Positions 1-8,305 of a stretch of 64,000 bases of DNA are shown in pieces. The translations under genes and the position numbers were made by a program. The notes under the pieces were generated by a model. It was not told where the DNA came from and ran no database searches. It saw only the letters and a list, made by a program, of their open reading frames with translations. This DNA comes from an uncultured bacterium (lineage in GTDB: Bacteria; Oederibacteriota; JAAXVQ01; JAUVAV01), in assembly GCA_963710755.1 (NCBI GenBank), contig CAVQBK010000003.1, positions 448,001-512,000 on the forward strand, in the 5' to 3' direction. The first letter of the stretch is position 1; every line of letters starts with the position of its first letter.

Positions 1-276
1 ATGCGCTACAACGGGTTATTGACCGGCAGCCGCACCGAGGATGCAGATCGCATCTACAGGACGCTTAGTATCAAGGAAGCCCAAGCCCTATTGAGACGCT
101 ACCATGTTGGCTATGTTTTCGTGGGTCTCAACGAACAGGCCGCCTATCCCCGGGCCGGACTGGAAAAATTGGGACGGTTCATGGATCTGGTCTATGATCA
201 GGACGGGATCAAAATTTATCAAATGCGACAATACGCAGAGGAGGATACACAAGATGGTGAAACCAAAACAAAATGA
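1..276 (+). CDS. 3' end of a membrane protein, probably DUF2298/YYY-type (starts before the window)
   Basis: 'R..D.DRIY...AQALLRRYHVGYVFVGLNEQAAYP..GLEKL' resembles the C-terminus of DUF2298-type GT-C-like proteins. Confidence 0.55.
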   Translation: MRYNGLLTGSRTEDADRIYRTLSIKEAQALLRRYHVGYVFVGLNEQAAYPRAGLEKLGRFMDLVYDQDGIKIYQMRQYAEEDTQDGETKTK

Positions 277-574
277 CGAGGACAAACAAGGCGTGCAGCT
301 ACAGGTGGAAGTGGATGATCAGGTAGCCCAGGGCGCTTATTCCAATCTGGCCCTGGTGGCCCATAATGCCACAGAGTTCGTGCTGGATTTTATTTTTGTC
401 CAACCCCAGCAGCCCAAGGCTAAGGTCCGGGCCAGGATTATCAGTTCCCCGGGACATACCAAACGTTTTTTACGGGCCTTGGCGGAAAACGTCAATCGCT
501 TTGAGCAGACCTTCGGAGAGATCAAGGAAGTCTCCGCCGGTCCTATTGATGAGAATCAAATCAAGTTGCATTAA
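254..574 (+). CDS. DUF3467 family protein
   Basis: 'AQGAYSNLALVAHNATEFVLDF...ARIISSPGHTKRFLRALAENVNRFEQTFGEI'; ATG 254 with GAGGA upstream. Confidence 0.85.
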   Translation: MVKPKQNDEDKQGVQLQVEVDDQVAQGAYSNLALVAHNATEFVLDFIFVQPQQPKAKVRARIISSPGHTKRFLRALAENVNRFEQTFGEIKEVSAGPIDENQIKLH

Positions 575-705
575 TACGTTCCTACGAATTCCCCGCATTT
601 CAGGGACTGTATGGTCATGTGCTTTTTTGATTGCCATCCCGTTACGCTTTAACGTGGGATTCAGAAAAGTCTTTGAAATCAAATCTTCTTTTAAGAAACT
701 TCCTT

Positions 706-783
706 TGGATTCCGGTTAAACCCATATCAGAAGGTCGGTTTTTTTAAGATCGTCATTCGGGCATGATATTAGCCGGAGTCCAG
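706..783. repeat. Degenerate inverted pair of GTCATTCCGGC..GCCGGAATCCA-type REP-like elements
   Basis: 751-783 cgtcattcgggcatgatattagccggagtccag closely matches the reverse complement of 25186-25216; 706-737 is a decayed opposite-orientation copy. Confidence 0.55.
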
Positions 784-1042
784 AAGAGATAAACGTTTTT
801 TACCATTTACCCCAGCCGCTGTTCAGCTGGGTGAAGTTCTGGCTACCGGTCCAGCCTGTGCTGGGTCTTTGACTTTGGTCGGGCGCCGGTAATGAAAAAA
901 CCGGTACGAGACCTCTCTCCGTGAGGCGTTTCAGCGCCCAGCCTCAACCCTATTCAGTCTCTGAGGTTCCTGGACGATACTAAAGTCAGCACCAGGAAAA
1001 TTATCCAGGTGTCTGCAAGTAGATTATCAGGAGCCGCGATTC

Positions 1043-1585
1043 ATGAGTTCAGACGATTGGGAAAAATCAAAAGAGCATGACGAAGAAGAATTGCGCCAAA
1101 TTCTACAGGCTCAAAATGCCTACTTCATGGATAAAGTCTTTGCCGCCATCGTGCTGGTCAAACAAGGACAAACCCATGAGGCCATTCTGCCGGTGTTGCT
1201 GGAAGCTTTAACCGCCATTGATCAGGACATGCGCAGTGCCGCCGCCCTGACCCTGGGCAAGCTGGGTGTGGAAAGTTGCGAAGCTGTGCCCCATTTGATT
1301 AAAGCTCTGAAAAAAGAAGATCACCAGGAAGTGCGTTATTCCCTGGCCCTGGCGCTGGCCAGTATTGGCGCACCGGCTGTGGAAGCGGTACCTGCCTTGA
1401 TCCCCCTTACCCAGGACGATCACCTGATGGTACAATATGCCGCCATCCTGGCCCTGGGCCAGATAGGAGCTGACGCTGAAGCAGCCCGTACCACGCTGCA
1501 AGCCTTGACAGCCCATGACAACAGCCTCATCCGTCATTATGCCCGCCAAGCTTTGGCCGCGATTCAAAGCCTCCCGACGGTCTAA
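1043..1585 (+). CDS. HEAT/PBS-lyase repeat protein
   Basis: Repeated 'AVP.LI.AL.D....VR..AA.ALG.IG' units; AGGAG RBS. Confidence 0.85.
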   Translation: MSSDDWEKSKEHDEEELRQILQAQNAYFMDKVFAAIVLVKQGQTHEAILPVLLEALTAIDQDMRSAAALTLGKLGVESCEAVPHLIKALKKEDHQEVRYSLALALASIGAPAVEAVPALIPLTQDDHLMVQYAAILALGQIGADAEAARTTLQALTAHDNSLIRHYARQALAAIQSLPTV

Positions 1586-1699
1586 GCCTGATTCTGCCAG
1601 TTGTTTCTCAGCCCTAAAAAAATACTCCTCCAACAAAAAAAGCTTGCGTAAATATAAGAATATGCTAATGTATTAATACTTAGGTTTGGAGGTTAAGCT

Positions 1700-1897
1700 A
1701 TGAGCATAGAAGTCAACCATAAGCGCTGTCCGCAGAATCATCTTTGTCCGGCAGTGCAAGTCTGTCCGGTCAATGCCATTACCCAGGAAGGCTATGCCGC
1801 GCCCAAGGTGGATCAGGAAAAATGCATTGATTGCGGCGCCTGCGCCCGTTTTTGCCCCTTGGGGGCGCTCACCTTTGCCAATCCCATCTTGTCCTGA
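1700..1897 (+). CDS. Small 4Fe-4S ferredoxin
   Basis: CPQNHLCPAVQVCP and CIDCGACARFCP motifs; GGAGG RBS. Confidence 0.9.
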   Translation: MSIEVNHKRCPQNHLCPAVQVCPVNAITQEGYAAPKVDQEKCIDCGACARFCPLGALTFANPILS

Positions 1898-1951
1898 TCG
1901 CCGCCCGCCGCGGCCTGCGCCGCGCGAACACAGGCTATTTGCTTCCGGCGA

Positions 1952-1980
1952 TTGACAGACAAAATCGCCTTTGTTACTAT
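1952..1980 (+). promoter_or_regulatory. sigma70-type promoter upstream of htpG
   Basis: TTGACA-N17-TACTAT. Confidence 0.6.
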
Positions 1981-2044
1981 TTCTCTCAAATCTTAAATAG
2001 TTCTGGCTGCGAATGGATGTTGGTCCTGTCTATAAACCATTAGC

Positions 2045-2072
2045 GTAGGGAACAGGTAGGCCTGTTCCCTAT
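2045..2072. repeat. GTAG-type REP-like palindrome
   Basis: gtagggaacagg-tagg-cctgttccctat. Confidence 0.6.
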
Positions 2073-2157
2073 AGGGGACCAGTTCCCTGAAGGTCGTTCA
2101 ACCCAGCTGGCCTTTTATAGCAGCAGAAACAAAATAATGATCTTGGAGGTAAGTCCC

Positions 2158-4092
2158 ATGACCGAATCATCGGCCGTTAAAAAAGAAACCCATGTGTTTA
2201 AAACGGAGGTTAATCAGCTGCTGGACCTGGTGGTCCATTCGCTCTATTCCCATAAAGATATCTTTTTGCGGGAGCTGATTTCCAATGCTTCCGATGCCAT
2301 TGACAAACGGCGCTACCAGTCGCTGACCGATCCAACCCTGGCCCTGGAGGAGGGAGACTGGAAAATCAAGCTGGTGCCGAACAAAACGGCCGGTACCCTC
2401 ACCGTTCAGGACAATGGCATCGGCATGAGCCACGAGGACCTGATCACTCATATCGGCACTATCGCCAAATCGGGCACCAAGGAATTTTTAAGCCAGCTTA
2501 AGGAAAAGCAGGACAACATGAATCTTATTGGCCAGTTTGGTGTGGGTTTCTATTCCGCCTTCATGGTGGCCGATAAGGTGGAGGTAATCACCAAGGCCGG
2601 CGAGGACCAGGCCTATCGCTGGAGCTCGGACGGCAAGGGCGGCTTTGAGATCGAAGAAGCCTCCAAAGATCAGCGCGGCACGGATGTGATTTTGACCCTC
2701 AAGGAGGACTGCAAAAATTATCTGGAGGAGTGGGAGCTGCGCCAGCTGGTCAAGAAATACTCGGACTTTGTGGAGTTTCCCATCACCATGGACATTGAGC
2801 GCGAAGAGGTGCCCCGTGATGACCAAGGCAAGCCCAAAGAAGGGGCCGAACCGGTCAAGACGGTAACCGAGGAAACCCTTAATTCCCGTCAAGCCATCTG
2901 GGCCAAAGCCAAGCAGGATATCACGGAAGAAGAGCACAAGGAATTTTACCAGCATGTGTCCCATGACTTTGACGCGCCTCTGGAAACCATCCATTACCGC
3001 GCTGAAGGCACCACGGAATTCAAGGCCCTGTTGTATATTCCCAGCCATGCACCCTTTGACCTCTTTCTGCAGGAAGGCCACAAGGGCGTGCATTTGTACA
3101 TCAACCGAGTCTTTATCATGAGCGATGCCAAGACTATCATTCCCCAGTACCTGCGCTTTGTGCGCGGGGTGGTGGATGCCTCCGATCTGCCGCTCAATGT
3201 CTCCCGAGAAATTCTCCAGCAAAATGCGCAGCTGGAAAAGATCAAAAAGAACATTGTCAATAAAGTACTCTCCACCCTTAAGACCATGAAGGAAAAAGAC
3301 TACGATAAATATCTTAAATTTTACCAGGCCTTCGGCACGGTCCTTAAAGAAGGCATTCATTATGATCATGACCATAAGGAGAAAATCGCGGAACTGCTGC
3401 TGTTTGAATCCACCAAGCAGGAGGCCGGACAATACCGCAGTCTTGATCAGTATGTGCTGGATATGCCGGAAGCGCAGAAGAATATTTATTATATTATCTC
3501 CGAGAGCCGCAAAAGCGCCCTGGCCTCGCCGCATCTGGAAATATTCAGGAGCAAGCAGCAGGAAGTGCTGATCATGACCGAGACTATTGATGAAGTGGTG
3601 GTGCAGGGCCTGGTGACCTACAAAGACAAAACGCTCAAGTCCGTGGAACGGGGCGATCTGGAGCTGGATGATCAGGAAAAAGCCAAGGTCGAGGAAGAAC
3701 AGCAGAAAGCCAAGGAAACATACAAAGACCTGCTGGGCCGTATGCAGGAACAACTGAAAGACGATATCAAGGAAGTGCGCTTTTCCAAACGCCTCACCGA
3801 CAGCCCGGCCTGCCTGGTGGTGGACGAAATGGGCATGAGCAAGCAGATGGAGCAGCTCTTCAAGGCCATGGGCCAGGAGATTCCACCTCAGAAATATATT
3901 CTCGAGCTTAACCCTAATCATCCGCTGATCGAAAAAATGAACAGCCAGCTGGGCAAGGAGGAAAGCGGCTCCAAGCTGGCTGATTACATCGGTCTGGTTT
4001 ATGATCAGGCCCTGCTGACCGCAGGCTACAAGCTTAAGGATCCCCAGGCCTTTGCCAGGCGCATGACCGAATTGATGGTGCAGGCGGGGTAA
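2158..4092 (+). CDS. htpG: Molecular chaperone HtpG (Hsp90)
   Basis: 'IFLRELISNASDA', 'LIGQFGVGFYSAF', 'DLPLNVSREILQ'; GGAGG before ATG 2158. Confidence 0.97.
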   Translation: MTESSAVKKETHVFKTEVNQLLDLVVHSLYSHKDIFLRELISNASDAIDKRRYQSLTDPTLALEEGDWKIKLVPNKTAGTLTVQDNGIGMSHEDLITHIGTIAKSGTKEFLSQLKEKQDNMNLIGQFGVGFYSAFMVADKVEVITKAGEDQAYRWSSDGKGGFEIEEASKDQRGTDVILTLKEDCKNYLEEWELRQLVKKYSDFVEFPITMDIEREEVPRDDQGKPKEGAEPVKTVTEETLNSRQAIWAKAKQDITEEEHKEFYQHVSHDFDAPLETIHYRAEGTTEFKALLYIPSHAPFDLFLQEGHKGVHLYINRVFIMSDAKTIIPQYLRFVRGVVDASDLPLNVSREILQQNAQLEKIKKNIVNKVLSTLKTMKEKDYDKYLKFYQAFGTVLKEGIHYDHDHKEKIAELLLFESTKQEAGQYRSLDQYVLDMPEAQKNIYYIISESRKSALASPHLEIFRSKQQEVLIMTETIDEVVVQGLVTYKDKTLKSVERGDLELDDQEKAKVEEEQQKAKETYKDLLGRMQEQLKDDIKEVRFSKRLTDSPACLVVDEMGMSKQMEQLFKAMGQEIPPQKYILELNPNHPLIEKMNSQLGKEESGSKLADYIGLVYDQALLTAGYKLKDPQAFARRMTELMVQAG

Positions 4093-4108
4093 AACTTGGC
4101 CGGGGCTT

Positions 4109-4142
4109 AAAAAAAGACAACCTTTTGGGGTTGTCTTTTTTT
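4109..4142. terminator. Bidirectional intrinsic terminator between htpG and the U32 gene
   Basis: A-tract, gacaacc/ggttgtc stem, T-tract. Confidence 0.8.
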
Positions 4143-4155
4143 ACATTCGCCTAAA

Positions 4156-5397
4156 TCACACTTTTTTCATCACATAAAGCTTATCGCTCAGCCGAAGGGG
4201 AGCAGGAACAGTGATGGTGGCTTCCTCGCCTTTCTTGGCTACCGCGGCTTCACGCTCGTTGACGCGCAGGCTGCTGAGCTTAAAGCGCAGCACGCCCGTG
4301 GTGGGTCCGATGACCAGGCAATCATCACCTAAGGCCAGATCACAGGCCTCCAACAAAAGATGGGCAACCTTAGCCTGGGGATAATAATTGAGCACTTTGG
4401 CGCAGTACTGTTTGCGGTGGGTAGCCTGGGAGCCGTAATGGCCGGCCCACTGATCGGGGTTGTACCCCAAATAAAAACCGTCCGAAAAGCCGCGATGGTA
4501 AACCTGGCTGACCTGGGCCATCAATTTATCTTTAAGCGCTTGCGTATACTGATCTCTGGCAATAGCTTCCAGCGCCTCGCGATAAGCCGCCACCACGGTG
4601 GCCACGTATTCCGGGGAACGGGTACGGCCTTCAATCTTCAGGGCCGCGGGGCCGCTGGCCACCAATTGATCTAAAAAGGGCAGGGTGTTTAAATCGCGGG
4701 GACTCATGACGTGGTGGTTGTCAATGATCAGTTCTTTCCCAGTTTCCTCATCAATCACGCGATAACTGCGACGGCAGGGCTGAATACATTCACCACGGTT
4801 GGCGGAGCGGTTGTAATGATACAGGGACATGGCACAGCGGCCGGACACGGCCACGCACATGGCGCCATGGGCAAAAAGTTCAATCTCCACCAGACGTCTC
4901 CGAGGTCCTCGCAGGTCCTGTTCTTTAATTCCATGGATGATGGCCTTGATCTGTTCTAAGGTCAGCTCCCGGGCCAGCACGATCCGGTCCACCCATTGAC
5001 TGTAAAAGCGTACCGCTTCCAGATTGGATACCGAAGCCTGAGTGGAAAGATGGGCTTCCAGCTGAAGATCGCGGCACAAAGTCAAGGCCGCCATGTCCGC
5101 CACAATAACCGCATCCACGCCAATGCGTTTGGCACGCGCCAGCAGGGCTTTAGCCTGAGCCAGTTCGTCATCATAGATGATGGTGTTGAGGGTCATATAG
5201 GCGTGACATTGGTATTCTTTGGCCCGGGCGACCACCTCTTCCAATTCTTCAGGTGAGAAATTGGTCGCATTTTGCATGCGCATGTTAAGCGGACCAACGC
5301 CAAAATAAACAGCATCTGCGCCGGCTTGCAAGGCTGCCTGCAGTGAGGCCATACTGCCAACAGGCGCTAATAATGTTGGTAAAGGGTGAGCAATCAT
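4156..5397 (-). CDS. Peptidase U32 family Fe-S protein (TrhP-like)
   Basis: 'LLAPVGS...GADAVYFG', 'HGAMCVAVSGRC', 'NRGECIQPCRR', 'LKIEGR'. Confidence 0.9.
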   Translation of the reverse strand: MIAHPLPTLLAPVGSMASLQAALQAGADAVYFGVGPLNMRMQNATNFSPEELEEVVARAKEYQCHAYMTLNTIIYDDELAQAKALLARAKRIGVDAVIVADMAALTLCRDLQLEAHLSTQASVSNLEAVRFYSQWVDRIVLARELTLEQIKAIIHGIKEQDLRGPRRRLVEIELFAHGAMCVAVSGRCAMSLYHYNRSANRGECIQPCRRSYRVIDEETGKELIIDNHHVMSPRDLNTLPFLDQLVASGPAALKIEGRTRSPEYVATVVAAYREALEAIARDQYTQALKDKLMAQVSQVYHRGFSDGFYLGYNPDQWAGHYGSQATHRKQYCAKVLNYYPQAKVAHLLLEACDLALGDDCLVIGPTTGVLRFKLSSLRVNEREAAVAKKGEEATITVPAPLRLSDKLYVMKKV

Positions 5398-5689
5398 GGC
5401 GGCATTATACTGAAAAAGCCGGACTTGGTCAAAAACCGACACCATTAATTTTCATTTAGATCTTCCAAGTTAGGTTGTGTCAAATTGGCACTTTTTACCA
5501 AGGCAGCGAAGATGTCTGCAGACACGCTTTGATATAATGTCTTTTCCCGCTGCGGATGAAGACCTTTTTTCTTTTATAGAGAATACGTCATTAGCAAGGC
5601 TAAAAACCAGAGCGTTGAGACCTAAAAGCAAAACGGCCTTGAATTAACTCCTCCCTGATTCACACCGATCCTAGATAGAGGAAAAAAAT

Positions 5690-5716
5690 GGAACCCATCT
5701 GGCGGCTAGTTAAACT
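5690..5716 (+). promoter_or_regulatory. Putative ECF-sigma promoter (autoregulatory)
   Basis: A-tract-tGGAACC-N11-TAGTT-aaact; a near-identical layout recurs at 10441. Confidence 0.5.
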
Positions 5717-5766
5717 ATTTTCATGTCAAGAAAGCGCTGGATGGAACAGGGGACGATAACGATATA

Positions 5767-6375
5767 ATGGAACCTCAGGGGATGGTTTTTAGCACTATAG
5801 GGGCGGGACTAAGTGACGACCAACTGATTGATCTGGTGTTGGATGGCCAGGAGCAAGCCTTCAATCAATTGGTTCACAAGTATCAAGGACGGATTTACAA
5901 TTATGCTTTTTATTTACTTCACAGTCCCGACGAGGCGCAAGACGTGACCCAGGAAACATTTATTCGAGCCTACATGAACTTAAGCAAGTTCAGGCGGGAA
6001 GCCAGTTTAATAACCTGGCTTTACCGCATTGCGGCCAATACAGCCTATCAGGCCATGAGAAAACTGGTGAAACACCGGAGGATAAAAGAAAAAGCGGTTC
6101 AGGAGCAGCCACGCGATCCAGCCAACACGGTGACACCGGAAGACCATTTTAGGACCAGTGAAGCCCAACGCCACCTTCTGGGAGCGCTGGATAAATTAAG
6201 ACCCAAGCATAAACAGGTCTTGATTTTAAAGGAGCTGCAAGGGCTGGATGTGTTGGAAGTAGCCAAAATCTGCGGTGTGCCGGAGGGAACCATCAAATCC
6301 AGACTCAACCGTGCACGTCTGGAATTACGCCGCCAACTGGTTCGCGGTGCCGGCAAAGGAGGGGGGCAATCATGA
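5767..6375 (+). CDS. ECF RNA polymerase sigma factor
   Basis: Region 2 'EAQDVTQETFIRAY..LSKFR..ASLITWLYRIAAN'; region 4 'EVAKICGVPEGTIKSRLNRAR'. Confidence 0.95.
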   Translation: MEPQGMVFSTIGAGLSDDQLIDLVLDGQEQAFNQLVHKYQGRIYNYAFYLLHSPDEAQDVTQETFIRAYMNLSKFRREASLITWLYRIAANTAYQAMRKLVKHRRIKEKAVQEQPRDPANTVTPEDHFRTSEAQRHLLGALDKLRPKHKQVLILKELQGLDVLEVAKICGVPEGTIKSRLNRARLELRRQLVRGAGKGGGQS

Positions 6376-7391
6376 GCTGTCCCACTTACCGCCGTTTGAC
6401 AACCCATTATTACAGTATGACCGATACTCCGAAAAAGCGGCGGCAGCTGGAAGCCCACAGTCAAAGGTGTCCATCCTGCCAGCGGCTGTTGCACCAGCAG
6501 AAGGAATTGAGTCAACGCTTGACGGCTCTACCGGAGGTGCTACCTGCGAAGCCAGTGTTGCCATCCATTTGGCAGGGTATTGAGGCTAGAAAACAGGCTG
6601 CCTCTTCGAGAGCTTTTCAGCGGCTGTATGCGCCCTGGGCCTGGGGTTTGGCGGCTACTGCTGTTCTAGCCATAGTTCTCATGATGCCCCTGTTGCTGCA
6701 GCATAAAGCTCATCAGGCTCAAGGCCTCAAGGTAGCCAAACAAATCGTCGGGCCGGACATAACCAGGTCCAACGCTGATCAGCAAGCCCCCTTGTCCGTG
6801 GTGATTGCACGGCAACAGGCGGAAGTCGAACGCCATCAAAATCAACCTGCTTCTGAACGAAAATTAAATCGTCGTCAAGAGCACCAGGTGGCCATAATTC
6901 CGGACAATAATAAAAATCCAAATGTTCCTGCGCAAACCAGCCAACCGCCAAGGCAACATCTGGCCAAGAACCATGAGCAAACGCATGTGCACGACCAGAA
7001 CTCTCTAAAAAACGGCAGCATCATGCTCGATCAGTACCAAGGCAGCCGGGTGCTCAGCGCCCAACAACCAGGCTCTCGACAGGTTATGGAAACAACATCC
7101 AGCCAGGAAGGGTTTCGGTTGTTTAATAATATGCTTAATCTCAATAAGGGGGGAACCACGCGCATTACCTTGGTGCTTCAAGAAAGTCTGGAGGTCAAGG
7201 TGACCATTTACAGCCGCAGCGGCCGCGTGGTAAAACCATTGGCGGATGAACACCTTGGGGCCGGCCAGTATGAGTGGCAGTGGAACGGTACGACCAGCAG
7301 CGGCAGTCAGGCGGCCAGCGGAATTTACTTTATGGTCTGCCAACTGCAAGGCCACAAGCCGGTTACCTATAAGGTGATGGTGGTTAAATAA
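6372..7391 (+). CDS. Zinc-binding (ZAS) anti-sigma factor with a TM helix and a C-terminal FlgD-Ig/T9SS-CTD-like domain
   Basis: HSQRCPSC (HxxxCxxC); TM 'WAWGLAATAVLAIVLMMPLLL'; C-term 'VTIYSRSGRVVKPL...WQWNG...ASGIYFM...KVMVVK'; ATGA overlap with sigma. Confidence 0.85.
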   Translation: MSCPTYRRLTTHYYSMTDTPKKRRQLEAHSQRCPSCQRLLHQQKELSQRLTALPEVLPAKPVLPSIWQGIEARKQAASSRAFQRLYAPWAWGLAATAVLAIVLMMPLLLQHKAHQAQGLKVAKQIVGPDITRSNADQQAPLSVVIARQQAEVERHQNQPASERKLNRRQEHQVAIIPDNNKNPNVPAQTSQPPRQHLAKNHEQTHVHDQNSLKNGSIMLDQYQGSRVLSAQQPGSRQVMETTSSQEGFRLFNNMLNLNKGGTTRITLVLQESLEVKVTIYSRSGRVVKPLADEHLGAGQYEWQWNGTTSSGSQAASGIYFMVCQLQGHKPVTYKVMVVK

Positions 7392-7407
7392 ATTGGGGAG
7401 CAGGCAC

Positions 7408-8259
7408 ATGAATGGACAGGCCAAAATAGTCTTATCGGTGATAGGGCTGATGCTTTGGGGCCACAGCGTCTTGGCGGATACGGCAACGCCCACGGCTACT
7501 GTTACTTTCACAGCAACGCCATTGGTATCAGCCACCTCAACCATAACGCTTACGGCCACACCGTCCAAAACCGTCACGCCCAGCGCTACACCTACATTTA
7601 CCCGTACGCCCAATGCTACATTGACCAGTACTATCAGCGCCACCTATACGGTCAGTCCGACATGGACGTCAACCGGCACTAGCACTCATACGCCCACCAA
7701 TACCATGACTTGTACACCTACTTCCACGTGGACCTCAACCCCCATGGATACTGTCACCTTCACACCGACCAGCACCATCAGTACCACCATGTCGGCCACC
7801 TCCACAGCCACTCCGACTGCCACTCCTTCCGCGACGGTCACGAGCAACTCATCGGCCACAGTAACTCCTACTGTGACCATGACCCCCACCGTGACCCCAA
7901 CGCCTCCATCAGGGCTGGCTACCAGTACCTCCACATCAACAGCTACAGCCACGTCGGCCGCTAGTCTCCCCACGGTGGTACCGGCTGAAATATTGGGTAA
8001 TGTGATGAATCTCAATGAACGAAAACCGGCGCGCATCCGGGTGCAACTGGATCATCCCCAAAAAGTAAGAATCGTGATTTATACCCAGCGGGGACGGATT
8101 GTTAAGGAACTTGCAGATGAGCTGGTTTCAGCAGGTACCTTTGAGGCTGTGTGGGACGGCGGTAACCGCTACGGTCAGTTGGTGCCGGCTGGGATTTATA
8201 TTGTTTATATTCAAACCGAACGCTTCCAGGAGAAAAAGCGTATAGCGATCGTGCATTAA
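7408..8259 (+). CDS. Secreted Thr/Pro-rich protein with C-terminal FlgD-Ig/T9SS-CTD-like domain
   Basis: Signal peptide, long T/P/S tract, C-term 'IYTQRGRIVKEL...WDG.NRYGQLVPAGIYIV...KKRIAIVH'. Confidence 0.85.
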   Translation: MNGQAKIVLSVIGLMLWGHSVLADTATPTATVTFTATPLVSATSTITLTATPSKTVTPSATPTFTRTPNATLTSTISATYTVSPTWTSTGTSTHTPTNTMTCTPTSTWTSTPMDTVTFTPTSTISTTMSATSTATPTATPSATVTSNSSATVTPTVTMTPTVTPTPPSGLATSTSTSTATATSAASLPTVVPAEILGNVMNLNERKPARIRVQLDHPQKVRIVIYTQRGRIVKELADELVSAGTFEAVWDGGNRYGQLVPAGIYIVYIQTERFQEKKRIAIVH

Positions 8260-8305
8260 ATAATCCCGCCATAAACAGCGGACGATAGGATTAAGGGGAA
8301 AAGGC

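Noticed and set aside
2488-3921. 477-aa minus-strand ORF
   Set aside because: Antisense shadow of htpG, with no recognisable motifs.
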